Shown here one piece after another: positions 10,906 through 20,026 of a DNA stretch of 45,314 nucleotides. The stretch's first letter is position 1. Each line of letters starts with the position of its first letter. This stretch comes from an uncultured Candidatus Micrarchaeota archaeon (GTDB taxonomy: Archaea; Micrarchaeota; Micrarchaeia; CAILAH01), in contig CAILAH010000063.1 of assembly GCA_903832205.1 (NCBI GenBank), positions 1-45,314 on the forward strand, written 5' to 3'. Under the pieces are notes generated by a model that was not told the DNA's origin, did not search any database, and saw only the letters and a program-made list of their open reading frames with translations. The position numbers were made by a program, and so were the translations under genes.

Positions 10906-13671
10906 ATGAAAAGTCTGAACACGAAGAAAATAGTCGCACTGGCGGCTGGCGCAACCCTTTTGGGAAGTGCACTGCTGGGCGCAGGCGCAGTATCCTTCGG
11001 GAACACTGAGCTGATAAACGCCAACGGTCAACCTATGGCGAAGGTTGTAGTTGGTGCTGCTGCAAGAGCGAGCGACGGAGTGGCGGCTGCAAATATTGCT
11101 GCTGTTATGGGTAACATGGCTTTCAAGTCTGCAGCCATTACTGCAAGCCCAGTCGGCCTTGACGGGTTGACATGTGCTGCAGGCGGTGCAGGAAGCTGTG
11201 AAGTGCTCAGCAAGTCGGTGACCCTCGAGGTTACAACCCCCGCAGGAGTTCTTCCCGCAGGTGCCTATGGGTTCGAGACATATATCTCAGACTACATAGA
11301 TGCCGCAACGAAGAATAGGGTACAGGACATGATTACAGGCAACCCATTTGCGCCTGGTGACACCACAGTCCCCTATACTGCGCTGAAGGTCACGGGAAGC
11401 AACTACCCGCCCCTGAAGGACTACGTAATCCACGACACGCACACTGGAACCTCATACGATGAAAACCAGTACCTGTACGTGAAGTCCGACAAGGTCTTTT
11501 TCTCGAACGATGTCGACGGCGACTTCAGGTCCGAGAACACTCAGGTTGCATACGAAATCGTCTTCGGGAACGATGGTCTGCCAGTCTGTGGTGACTCTGT
11601 AGCAGGTAACTGGGCGTACTGCAATCCATTGAACACCACCAATGCCAACGACGATAAGATGACTCCAAACCACAGGGTAAAAATCATGTACCTTGGTGAA
11701 GAGTGGGTCGTATCAGACATGAGCGGCATGCCAGCAGTCGGTGTTGGAGACACTATGGGCGGCAAGATAAAGCTTGCGAAGGAGAGTGCGTACTCACCCA
11801 AGCTGCAGATCGGAGAGTCCCTTGACCTCGGCGACGGCAACAAGCTCGTGCTTGGAGACCTTAAGCCCGCATCAGGTGGGCAGCCGAAAGACCTGGCAAT
11901 ATTCAGCATAAAGAATGCTGCTGGAGAGGAGATTGCAAACAAGGTCGTTGCACAGGGCGATACCACGGAGATTAATGCAGGCAGCAACACCTACAGGGTG
12001 CGTGTCTACCAGGCAGCTCCAGGTTATACCCTTGCTGAAAAGTGGGCAGAGGTTGCAGTGTTCGCCAATGAGCTGACCCTTGAAAGCGGCCAGAAGATTG
12101 ACGACACCGACAACAGGGACTACAAGGTCAGGCTCCTGTGGAAAGACAGGGATTCCGTCAGCCCAACGACTGACGCGCTGCACAAGATACAGGTCTACCT
12201 TACGAAGACTGGTGCATACACCAACCTGAACCCCGGCGACTCGATCGATTTGCTGAAGGTTCCCGCTAGGTGGAGGTTCACGTTCAGCGGCAACAAGCTG
12301 CAGGACAAGGACTACGACCAGCTGACCTACTCGCTTGAGGGTTCCAATTCGTTTGGCTTTAACGCATCCGCGACGGCCTCGAACCATGCAACAGTAGGTG
12401 GAATAGATTACTACACTGGTCCAAACACGACAACCAGCGCGAGGTCTATTCACGTTGTGGCATCATCCAAGATTTTCAAGTTCTTGGATGCGACAGGCAG
12501 CGAGATAACCACCGATGAGTTCATATATGCGCCGGTTTCGCATTATGCAACTGGAGTCACCGCTGTGGCAACGAATTTCCTCAACAGCCCGGTCGTTCTC
12601 GTTGACGTTAACGGCGACTATGTGCCTGTGCAGAACCAAGTTTCTGGAGCCATAACTACTCCGAGCTATGTCAACGGCTTCAAGGTTAAGTACAACTTTG
12701 GAGGCGCTGACTACCCGCTGTATTTCCAGGTTGGTGAGTACACCGCAGCTGGTGTTACCGACCAGGCATTGGCAGCGAGCGGTGTTCTGTCCGCAGATGG
12801 CTACTATACCGTATACACCAGCATGGGTGAAGACGCAGGCAACAGCAACGCTGACTGGCTTGGTATAAGGGCAATCCAGAAGACGAAGAATGTAGCAGCA
12901 ACCGTTCCTGGAAACTCTTCCATGGACTTTGAGTTCGACTTTGCGGGCACAACCGACGGCTCCGAGGAGAACTATGTGCTGTACAAGGCCTACAACCAGA
13001 TGAATGCGACAGCATGGTCTGGCACGAAGTCGCTGACAACCTCTGAAAACGACAACGACTGGAAGGTTATCGGCAACACCACTACGAAGATCGAGAAGGA
13101 CTTCTACTTCACAAGTAGGGGCTCCTATGTCGACTCTGGTGACACCGGCTCTAGCACATACGGCGTGAACCTCGCAAAGGATGTTGCGACTCTCGGGTTC
13201 ATGTGGCAGTCAATCAGTGCTGACTCGACAGGCGCGATGACCGAGACCTACTCTTCCCTGAAGGAGGGCGACGAAATCACCCTTTCTGACGGCGTGAAGG
13301 TCAAAGTGAAGTCGATCAACGTGGAGACTGGCTCGTGTGCATCAAGCGGTGCATCAGTTTCAGGCCTGGACAAGGTCTCATGCCAGCTTAATGTGGCAGA
13401 CACATCAAAGCTCGGCGAGAGGCAGAACGTCCCGACTGACCTGGTAGTGCTTGACAGCAACGCAGGCAGCCTTGAAACGGTTGTGGCAGTAGGTGGTGGT
13501 TCAGTGAACACCGTCACGCAGGCAATCCTCAGCGGCACAGGCGTGTCATTGACGAAAGCAGGCGATGTGGTGGTCCAGGAAGTCGAGAACGGCAAGATCG
13601 TTGTTGCCGGTTACACGGCTGACGACACTACGACTGCAGCAGGCCAGTTCATTGCCAAGCTGAAGGGCTGA
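10906..13671 (+). CDS. S-layer protein (Methanococcales/DPANN type with conserved N- and C-termini)
   Basis: KKIVALAAGA..LG signal, VVVGAAARASDGVAAANIAA, C-terminal VAVGGGSVN..T and IVVAGYTADDTTTAAGQFI; many N-x-S/T sequons; strong SD. Confidence 0.9.
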   Translation: MKSLNTKKIVALAAGATLLGSALLGAGAVSFGNTELINANGQPMAKVVVGAAARASDGVAAANIAAVMGNMAFKSAAITASPVGLDGLTCAAGGAGSCEVLSKSVTLEVTTPAGVLPAGAYGFETYISDYIDAATKNRVQDMITGNPFAPGDTTVPYTALKVTGSNYPPLKDYVIHDTHTGTSYDENQYLYVKSDKVFFSNDVDGDFRSENTQVAYEIVFGNDGLPVCGDSVAGNWAYCNPLNTTNANDDKMTPNHRVKIMYLGEEWVVSDMSGMPAVGVGDTMGGKIKLAKESAYSPKLQIGESLDLGDGNKLVLGDLKPASGGQPKDLAIFSIKNAAGEEIANKVVAQGDTTEINAGSNTYRVRVYQAAPGYTLAEKWAEVAVFANELTLESGQKIDDTDNRDYKVRLLWKDRDSVSPTTDALHKIQVYLTKTGAYTNLNPGDSIDLLKVPARWRFTFSGNKLQDKDYDQLTYSLEGSNSFGFNASATASNHATVGGIDYYTGPNTTTSARSIHVVASSKIFKFLDATGSEITTDEFIYAPVSHYATGVTAVATNFLNSPVVLVDVNGDYVPVQNQVSGAITTPSYVNGFKVKYNFGGADYPLYFQVGEYTAAGVTDQALAASGVLSADGYYTVYTSMGEDAGNSNADWLGIRAIQKTKNVAATVPGNSSMDFEFDFAGTTDGSEENYVLYKAYNQMNATAWSGTKSLTTSENDNDWKVIGNTTTKIEKDFYFTSRGSYVDSGDTGSSTYGVNLAKDVATLGFMWQSISADSTGAMTETYSSLKEGDEITLSDGVKVKVKSINVETGSCASSGASVSGLDKVSCQLNVADTSKLGERQNVPTDLVVLDSNAGSLETVVAVGGGSVNTVTQAILSGTGVSLTKAGDVVVQEVENGKIVVAGYTADDTTTAAGQFIAKLKG

Positions 13672-13682
13672 GTAGAAAGAAC

Positions 13683-13710
13683 TTTTTTTCTTTCTTTTAA
13701 TTTTTCTTTT
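13683..13710 (+). terminator. Oligo-T archaeal terminator after the S-layer gene
   Basis: TTTTTTTCTTTCTTTTAATTTTTCTTTT directly after the stop codon. Confidence 0.65.
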
Positions 13711-13757
13711 AAACCCGCTTACTAAATTTAATGCTCTCTCTCAAACGATTAGATTGT

Positions 13758-14708
13758 TTACAGGATTAGCTCAACATCGCCCGCATTAATTATCGGTACC
13801 CTCAATTTGTTCTGGTCGTCAACCATCCTTGGGCACGCAGTGTTGATGAAGCACTCAATCTCCATGAAATTGTTCAATGATGTGAAATCGAAAGTGTTCC
13901 CAATTATGATTATCGCTTTCTTGTTCTTATTCTCCAGCTCACTCTTAATTCTCTCAGCAATCTGAAGCGCATACTGCCCTGCCTTTGTGCTCACCAGAAT
14001 TCCAAACACCTTGGCATCTGCGGCCTTTGCAAGCGCCGCCCTTCTCCTCTTTTGCATGCGCTTCAGTTCATCATCTATCCATTTTACTTCCCTTGAATAG
14101 GGGTCAACCCAGAGCACCGGTGGCAGATTATAATCCTCAATTGCACCTGGCGCAAGCGCATGGAAATGCCCAGTTCCGAAGTAAATTATGCAGTCCGCCT
14201 TGCCGCTGATAGCATTCAAAGCGCTCACATCACAGCCAAGGATCTGCCCCTCATTGTTGCACCTCAGGCTGCCTTTGGCAGTGACGGGCTCAAGCCCCTT
14301 CGCCTTGAGCATCTTCTTTATGTCATCCACCTGGTGCAAGTGGCTTGCATTCGTAATAATCCCCACCCTTTTGTAACCCCTCTCTCCAATCTCCTTAATC
14401 GCCTCCCCTTTCTTTCCCTTGATCTCCTCAATAGCTTTCTCCATCACGCCCTTTACATCCACATCTGCATCAATAATCACATATTCAATCTTAATCCCCT
14501 CAACATCAACAAACTTAGTGTGCCCGAAATGCACAATCTTATCGCACTTGAGCAGTTTTGCCTCGCAGATGGGCAGGTCGCACGCACCATAGGACGGCTC
14601 CGCAGAAACAATAATCTCATGCCCCTCCTTCTCATATTTGGCAGCATGCTTCATCGCGTCCTGTTTCAGCCCCTCGGGAAACTGCAGCAATATTCTCATT
14701 GGGAACAA
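13758..14708 (-). CDS. dph2: 2-(3-amino-3-carboxypropyl)histidine synthase (diphthamide synthesis)
   Basis: LQFPEGLK, YGACD, HFGH, GQILGC, GTGHFHAL, STKAGQ, TACPR (three Fe-S Cys). Likely start is ATG 14699. Confidence 0.95.
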   Translation of the reverse strand: MFPMRILLQFPEGLKQDAMKHAAKYEKEGHEIIVSAEPSYGACDLPICEAKLLKCDKIVHFGHTKFVDVEGIKIEYVIIDADVDVKGVMEKAIEEIKGKKGEAIKEIGERGYKRVGIITNASHLHQVDDIKKMLKAKGLEPVTAKGSLRCNNEGQILGCDVSALNAISGKADCIIYFGTGHFHALAPGAIEDYNLPPVLWVDPYSREVKWIDDELKRMQKRRRAALAKAADAKVFGILVSTKAGQYALQIAERIKSELENKNKKAIIIIGNTFDFTSLNNFMEIECFINTACPRMVDDQNKLRVPIINAGDVELIL

Positions 14709-14805
14709 TTGGAATCAATCTTATTTTAAATCTTATAGCAAAGGAGTTTGAAAGAAAAGAGAAAATAAGGGGTTAAGTTGCCATCTGTGTTTCCATCGGG
14801 CCTGC

Positions 14806-17151
14806 CTATCTGTCCTTACAATGCCCGCACTTGCATCCGCCGTGGCCCTCCTCATCATCCTGTATTTTCCTGAGCATCTTGAGCATAAGCTTCTGCTCCG
14901 CGGATGCAATCAGCTTCCTCGCCCTCTCGATCACGTCGGGGTTCACTGAGATGCTCGTAATGCCATATTCAACAAGCTTCTCTGCAAACTCGGGATAGAC
15001 GCTCGGCGCCTGGCCGCACAGCGACACGGTAATGCCGCACTTGTTGCACTCCTTGATTGTGTGCTTGATAGCCCTCAGCACGGCGGTGTTCCTCTCGTCG
15101 AAATCCCTCGCGAGCACCGTATTGTCCCTGTCAATTCCCATGATCAATTGCGTCAGGTCATTGCTCCCGATTGAGACTCCGTCCACATGCCTTGCAATCT
15201 CATCAATCATGAACACCGCTGACGGAACCTCCACCATTGCCCACAGCTTGAAGTCCTTGGTCCTATGCAGCCCGACCTCCTTCATCATCTCATTCACGTG
15301 AATAAGCTCGCCGACCCTGCGCACGAACGGAACCATAATCCAGAGGTTCTTGAGCCCGTATTTCTCACGCACTTTCTTAATCGCCATGAGCTCCATCTTG
15401 AAAACTTCGGGCTCGTGTATGTATCTCGAGCATCCCCTGTAGCCTATCATGGGATTGTTCTCCTGGGGCTCGTACTTCTCGCCGCCTTCAAGCGACCTGT
15501 ACTCATTCGTCTTGAAGTCGGTGGTCCTGTAGACAACAGGCCTTGGGTAGAACGCAGCGGCAATCCTCCTAATGCTCTCGGTTAACTGGTCTATGAATTC
15601 CTCCTGCCTGTTCTCCTCGAACATCTTGCGCGGGTGCGTCCCGATATCCGCAATCATGAACTCCGCGCGGAGCAGTCCCACTCCGTCAACATCCCTTGCC
15701 GCGACGCTCTCCGCAAGCGCGGGCTCCGCAAGGTTCACGTAAACCTTTGTGCCCGTGGGAATCTTCGCCTCGATTGCTGAAAGCGAGTGCGGCTTATCAT
15801 CTATCGCCTTCTGGCCCACATCAATCATTCCCTCGTAAACAAGGCCGTGGTCCGCATCCACGGTGACCATCATGCCGTCCTTTAGCACGCTTGTCGCGTT
15901 TGTAGTCCCGACAATGCAGGGTATGCCGAGCTCCCTGCTCACGATTGCCGCATGGGAGGTGATTCCCCCCTCATCCGTGACAATCGCGCTCGCCCTTCTC
16001 ATTGCGGGCACGTAGTCCGGCGATGTCATCTTCGCAACCAGGATATCTCCGCTCTCCACCTTGCCAATCTCCTTTGGCCCGCCTATTATCCTTACCTTTC
16101 CCCCGCTCGCGCCCGTCGTTGCGCCGAGCCCCCTCACAATAATCTTTGCGTTAGCGACCGAGCCGAGCTTCTGCTTTGCCGCATCGCCGCCTTTCTTCTT
16201 CATCGTGGTAACGGGCCTGCTCTGCACGATGTAGAGGCTGTTCCCGCTTATCGCCCACTCAATGTCCTGCGGCTTGCCGTAATGCCCCTCGATCTTTTTC
16301 CCGAATTCCGCAAGCTCGATTATGTGCTTGTCATCAATCTTCTGCTTGTCCCTCACATCCTCCTTCACGTTGACGTGTATGGTCTCATTATCAACCCTCG
16401 TAATCATGAACTTCTGCTCGGCGATGTGCTTGTCAAGCAGCTTCATTGTGCTCTTCTGGATTTTGTAGGTGTCCGGGGTGACCGCGCCCGAAACTATCGC
16501 CTCGCCAAGCCCGTAAACCGCCTCCACAACAATTATGTCCTCATCATTGGATTGCGGCTCGAGCGTGAACATCACGCCTGATTTCTCCGACTGCACCATC
16601 AGCTGCACTACCGCAGCGAGCCCGACCTTCTTGTCGCCGAACCCCTGCTCTTCCCTGTAGAATATTGCCCTCGCGCCGAACAGCGATGCCCAGCATTTTT
16701 GCACCGCCTCCACAACGCCGTCCTCATCCTCCACATTCACGTATGATTCCTGCTGCCCTGCAAAGCTCGCCTCGGGCAGGTCCTCGGCGGTCGCAGAGCT
16801 TCTCACTGCGACGAAGTATTCCTTCTCGTTTCCCCTGAGCGTTTTGTATGCCTTTCTCAATTCCTTCTCCACTTCTTTCGGCATCTTTCCGTTCATAATC
16901 AGCTGCTTGATATCATCGCTTGCGCGCTGCAGCTCGTCTGAATTGTAGACGTTTGTCTTTTTGATTATGCCCCTAATCTTCTGCTCAAGCCCCTCATTCT
17001 TAATGAAGTAAAAATACGCCTCGGCCGTGAGCACGAATCCCGGAGGCACGGGCAGCCCGGCCCCGGTCATCTCACCGAGGTTTGCACCCTTCCCTCCCGC
17101 AATGCCCACATCATCCTTCTTCAGGTCGCTAAACCATGCAATATAAGCCAT
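14806..17151 (-). CDS. ppsA: Phosphoenolpyruvate synthase (pyruvate, water dikinase)
   Basis: GGKGANLGEM, AVRSSATAEDLPEASFAGQQ, DIEWA, GGITSHAAIVSRELG (phospho-His), GLLRAEF, SIGSNDLTQ, CGQAPS. Confidence 0.96.
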   Translation of the reverse strand: MAYIAWFSDLKKDDVGIAGGKGANLGEMTGAGLPVPPGFVLTAEAYFYFIKNEGLEQKIRGIIKKTNVYNSDELQRASDDIKQLIMNGKMPKEVEKELRKAYKTLRGNEKEYFVAVRSSATAEDLPEASFAGQQESYVNVEDEDGVVEAVQKCWASLFGARAIFYREEQGFGDKKVGLAAVVQLMVQSEKSGVMFTLEPQSNDEDIIVVEAVYGLGEAIVSGAVTPDTYKIQKSTMKLLDKHIAEQKFMITRVDNETIHVNVKEDVRDKQKIDDKHIIELAEFGKKIEGHYGKPQDIEWAISGNSLYIVQSRPVTTMKKKGGDAAKQKLGSVANAKIIVRGLGATTGASGGKVRIIGGPKEIGKVESGDILVAKMTSPDYVPAMRRASAIVTDEGGITSHAAIVSRELGIPCIVGTTNATSVLKDGMMVTVDADHGLVYEGMIDVGQKAIDDKPHSLSAIEAKIPTGTKVYVNLAEPALAESVAARDVDGVGLLRAEFMIADIGTHPRKMFEENRQEEFIDQLTESIRRIAAAFYPRPVVYRTTDFKTNEYRSLEGGEKYEPQENNPMIGYRGCSRYIHEPEVFKMELMAIKKVREKYGLKNLWIMVPFVRRVGELIHVNEMMKEVGLHRTKDFKLWAMVEVPSAVFMIDEIARHVDGVSIGSNDLTQLIMGIDRDNTVLARDFDERNTAVLRAIKHTIKECNKCGITVSLCGQAPSVYPEFAEKLVEYGITSISVNPDVIERARKLIASAEQKLMLKMLRKIQDDEEGHGGCKCGHCKDR

Positions 17152-17294
17152 CTTAATACACCGAAACAAAATCAGCAAGAAAGCTTAAATGCAATCAGTA
17201 GATATTCCCAATGCTTCTCTGTAAAATAAAATACAGTCCTGCCACGAATGTGCTCCCGTGGCAGAGGCTAAAATTGCACGCTCGAGAATCCAAA

Positions 17295-17795
17295 TTACTT
17301 CTTTTTCTTTCTCGCTCTCTCCATTTCTTCGAATGTTATTCTAGACGCCTTCTCCTCAGCAGGCATAGTAGTAACACCCTTTAAGGCGTTCTCAGAAGTG
17401 ATACTTCCGCCCTTTCCTGCCATGACTTGCTTAAGCGCGCCTTTACCCTCCCTAATGGACTTGATTATTTCCGTTCCCTGAACCTTCTTTCTAATCATTT
17501 CTTTATTGCTCACGGTAATGGTCTCTCCGGTTTTAAACTCAGTCACCTTGACAGGGATATCTTTTCTGCCCACTTTAATTTCGCCTGCCTCCTTCTCGCT
17601 AAAACCCAGGTGCTTAACCCTCCCCTTAATTGCGCCGGCTTCCTTCTCGCTGAAATCTGCCTGCTTAACCCTCACTTCAGTTGATTTGGCCTCCTTTTCA
17701 GTGAATTTTGCCTCTTTAATCCTTCCCTTAATTGCCTCGGGCTCATTGAATTTTGCTTCAAATACTGGTTTCTTCTTAAATTTCTCTTCACCCAT
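17295..17795 (-). CDS. Hypothetical Lys/Glu-rich protein with four repeats of about 17 aa
   Basis: Repeats EAKFNEPEA-IKGRIK, EAKFTEKEAKSTEVRVK, QADFSEKEAGAIKGRVK, HLGFSEKEAGEIKVGRK; upstream GGTGGT and TTTAAA. Confidence 0.7.
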   Translation of the reverse strand: MGEEKFKKKPVFEAKFNEPEAIKGRIKEAKFTEKEAKSTEVRVKQADFSEKEAGAIKGRVKHLGFSEKEAGEIKVGRKDIPVKVTEFKTGETITVSNKEMIRKKVQGTEIIKSIREGKGALKQVMAGKGGSITSENALKGVTTMPAEEKASRITFEEMERARKKKK

Positions 17796-17880
17796 GTTAC
17801 CACCAATAAGTAGTTCTCAGTCTGGATTTAAATACCTTACCATAACTTCGGTTTAAAAGCCCCCTCTCCTTTCCTTCGGA

Positions 17881-18531
17881 TTATTTTTGCTTTTCGTCTT
17901 CATAATCAATGATCCTGTGGCTGAACGCATCATCGTTGGGAATATAGGTGGACTTCATTGCCCCAATGACTTTCCCATCCTTCCCGAGAATGGACACGAG
18001 ACTGCCGCCAGTTGCCTCGATTGCAACCGCCCTTCCCTTGAAATTATTCCGAATCGCCAGTTTGCCATCCGAATCAAACAGCGTGAAAATAACAATCTCG
18101 CCGCTGTCAGCAAGAAGATATCCCGTGTCATTGCTTGGGTCAATAATCGCCTTCTTTACCTCTGAAATCCCATATTTCTCGAGCTTAATCATATACTCGT
18201 CGCACTTTCTCAGCGAAGTGAGAACTACCGAATTCCTGTTGCAGCCGCTTGCGAAATGCACATCCCTATTCGTCACCACGACATAATAATTCGACGTAAA
18301 TGCGGATTCAAGCACACTTTCGCCCTGATGGACCTTAATCTCTATCTTATCCTCTAAACCAACGGTCGGCGCGGGCGATAATTTCCTATGCTCAGTTTTG
18401 CATTCTTTGCTGCAAACAATATTTTCCCCGAGCTGTTTCATCCTGTTAAAATAAGCGTATGCACATGAGGGCGTAGCTACAATCGCGAGTGCCACGCCCA
18501 ATGCAACGGCCTTTTTCTTCAGCTCAGACAT
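17881..18531 (-). CDS. Hypothetical exported protein, paralog of 19118-19870
   Basis: N-terminal hydrophobic segment (LAIVATPSCA); AIIDPSNDTGYLLADSGEIVIF resembles VAIDEERDTIYLLDKNGKILIL in the paralog. Confidence 0.72.
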   Translation of the reverse strand: MSELKKKAVALGVALAIVATPSCAYAYFNRMKQLGENIVCSKECKTEHRKLSPAPTVGLEDKIEIKVHQGESVLESAFTSNYYVVVTNRDVHFASGCNRNSVVLTSLRKCDEYMIKLEKYGISEVKKAIIDPSNDTGYLLADSGEIVIFTLFDSDGKLAIRNNFKGRAVAIEATGGSLVSILGKDGKVIGAMKSTYIPNDDAFSHRIIDYEDEKQK

Positions 18532-18560
18532 TCAAAACACCATTCTTTTCCAATGCTCAA

Positions 18561-19049
18561 CTATTTCTTTTTCCCTTTTCTTCCCTTTCCCTTCTCCTCT
18601 TCTCTTTCTTCTGCTTTTACCCAGGGCGTACGATCAGCCACTGTTGAGGAAAAATCTTCCCTTTTTAATTTGATATCTTCTACTATGCCTTTTTCTACAT
18701 CAAGAGAAGGGCCCTTTTCTTCTTCCGCAATATATTTGTTGCTCTTTTCCACATGCGTGTTCTGAAGCGCATCCTGCGTCCCTGGATTAAGATGGAATCC
18801 CACCTTGCTTGAGATGGTGCGGTCATAAACATCCCTAATCATGGTCTTCCTTTCCAAGTTGCTCTCGTCGATTATTCGCTCTCCAGCTGTCCTGTCGCCG
18901 CTTGCCCTTTGCCTAAGCGCTTTCACGAGAAGCATCATTTCCTCAGGGCTCAAGTTAAGCCTGCCCAATAGGAATCTTTCAGTATCTTTTGAAATCTCCA
19001 CTTTAACCTGTTTTTTTTCTATTACCGATCCTTCAACCTGGAATATCAA
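18561..19049 (-). CDS. Hypothetical charged protein with a basic C-terminal tail
   Basis: 162-aa ORF with SD-like AGGTGA upstream; ends KGKGRKGKKK. Confidence 0.68.
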   Translation of the reverse strand: MIFQVEGSVIEKKQVKVEISKDTERFLLGRLNLSPEEMMLLVKALRQRASGDRTAGERIIDESNLERKTMIRDVYDRTISSKVGFHLNPGTQDALQNTHVEKSNKYIAEEEKGPSLDVEKGIVEDIKLKREDFSSTVADRTPWVKAEEREEEKGKGRKGKKK

Positions 19050-19117
19050 TCATATCACCTTTGTATGTTAATTGCATATGGGGATTTATATACCTTTTCC
19101 TGACGGCAGAACCGCAA

Positions 19118-19870
19118 TTATTGCAGTGCCGCGGCAGCCTCCCCGTAGTCCTTCACATCATAGTCAAACTTGTCCTTTATCGGGTTGAACAGGTAATCTA
19201 TCATCCCGATTGCAGCGCCGTTTGCGTCATAAACCTTGAGCGAGCCATCTTTCTGGAGCTCAATCTTTTCAGCCCTTTGTGAGAACGTGTACTCAGAAGC
19301 AATGTTGCTTTTCCCATTCCAGATTGCGAGGATGAGTATCTTGCCGTTCTTATCGAGAAGATAGATGGTGTCCCTCTCCTCGTCAATTGCAACGTCCGCA
19401 ATATTCCCTATCCTGCCCCTAAGCTGCAGCATGTTCTCCTTATCATTTTCCGTATCGCTCAAGGCAAGAAACAGCATGGAAACCCTGTCGTAAGGGATGA
19501 ATATCACCTTGCTTTCAATGAGATTTTTTGCAACAATAACCAGGCTACCTTTTGTGCAGGCGGTTTTGATTATCTCATCGTTCTTTCCGAAATAATCAAA
19601 CTTCGGGTCAAATGAGCCCTTGAATTCTTTTCCGTTCCACTGAAGTTCGACGTATACTCTTCCGTCTTCAGCATTATAGCCGCACTTAATATTATCATAA
19701 ATCGGGTGCCAGTTGGCATAGCTTACGTTCTTGTAATTCATCTCAACCTTCGCGGGCGGCTCGGCCGCCGGCTTGGCTTTCTTGAACCCCTTTGCATCAG
19801 AACTGCAAGGCGTGAATGCGATGGCTGCAGAAATGCCCAATACTGCAATGCCATAACCTATTTTATTCAT
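19118..19870 (-). CDS. Hypothetical exported protein, paralog of 17881-18531
   Basis: Signal-like N-terminus (AAIAFTPCSS), beta-rich body, TATATAAA about 30 bp upstream. Confidence 0.72.
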   Translation of the reverse strand: MNKIGYGIAVLGISAAIAFTPCSSDAKGFKKAKPAAEPPAKVEMNYKNVSYANWHPIYDNIKCGYNAEDGRVYVELQWNGKEFKGSFDPKFDYFGKNDEIIKTACTKGSLVIVAKNLIESKVIFIPYDRVSMLFLALSDTENDKENMLQLRGRIGNIADVAIDEERDTIYLLDKNGKILILAIWNGKSNIASEYTFSQRAEKIELQKDGSLKVYDANGAAIGMIDYLFNPIKDKFDYDVKDYGEAAAALQ

Positions 19871-19916
19871 AACCGTCAGATAATTAAGACCGTTTCCCCT
19901 TTATATACCTTTCTTT

Positions 19917-20021
19917 TGACAGCCCAAGGGGGAGCGCCGCATTTTCGCAGCGGCGAAAAGCGACGCCTTTTGGCTCTCAGCCAAAAGAGCGCCCCCTTAG
20001 TCCGTCACCGCCCAAACCCCC
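19917..20021. repeat. Palindromic element A, free intergenic copy
   Basis: Matches 27799-27903 at 100 of 105 nt. Terminal imperfect inverted repeat TGACAGCCCAAGGGGG...CCCCCTTAGTCCGTCA encloses two hairpins, followed by a CCGCCCAAACCCCC tail. Confidence 0.92.
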
Positions 20022-20026
20022 CGTCA

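Noticed and set aside
17238-17265. Hairpin CTGCCACG...CGTGGCAG upstream of ppsA as a member of the element families
   Set aside because: It is a single 8-bp stem with no similarity to A-D; it could be a terminator or operator but there is no further support.
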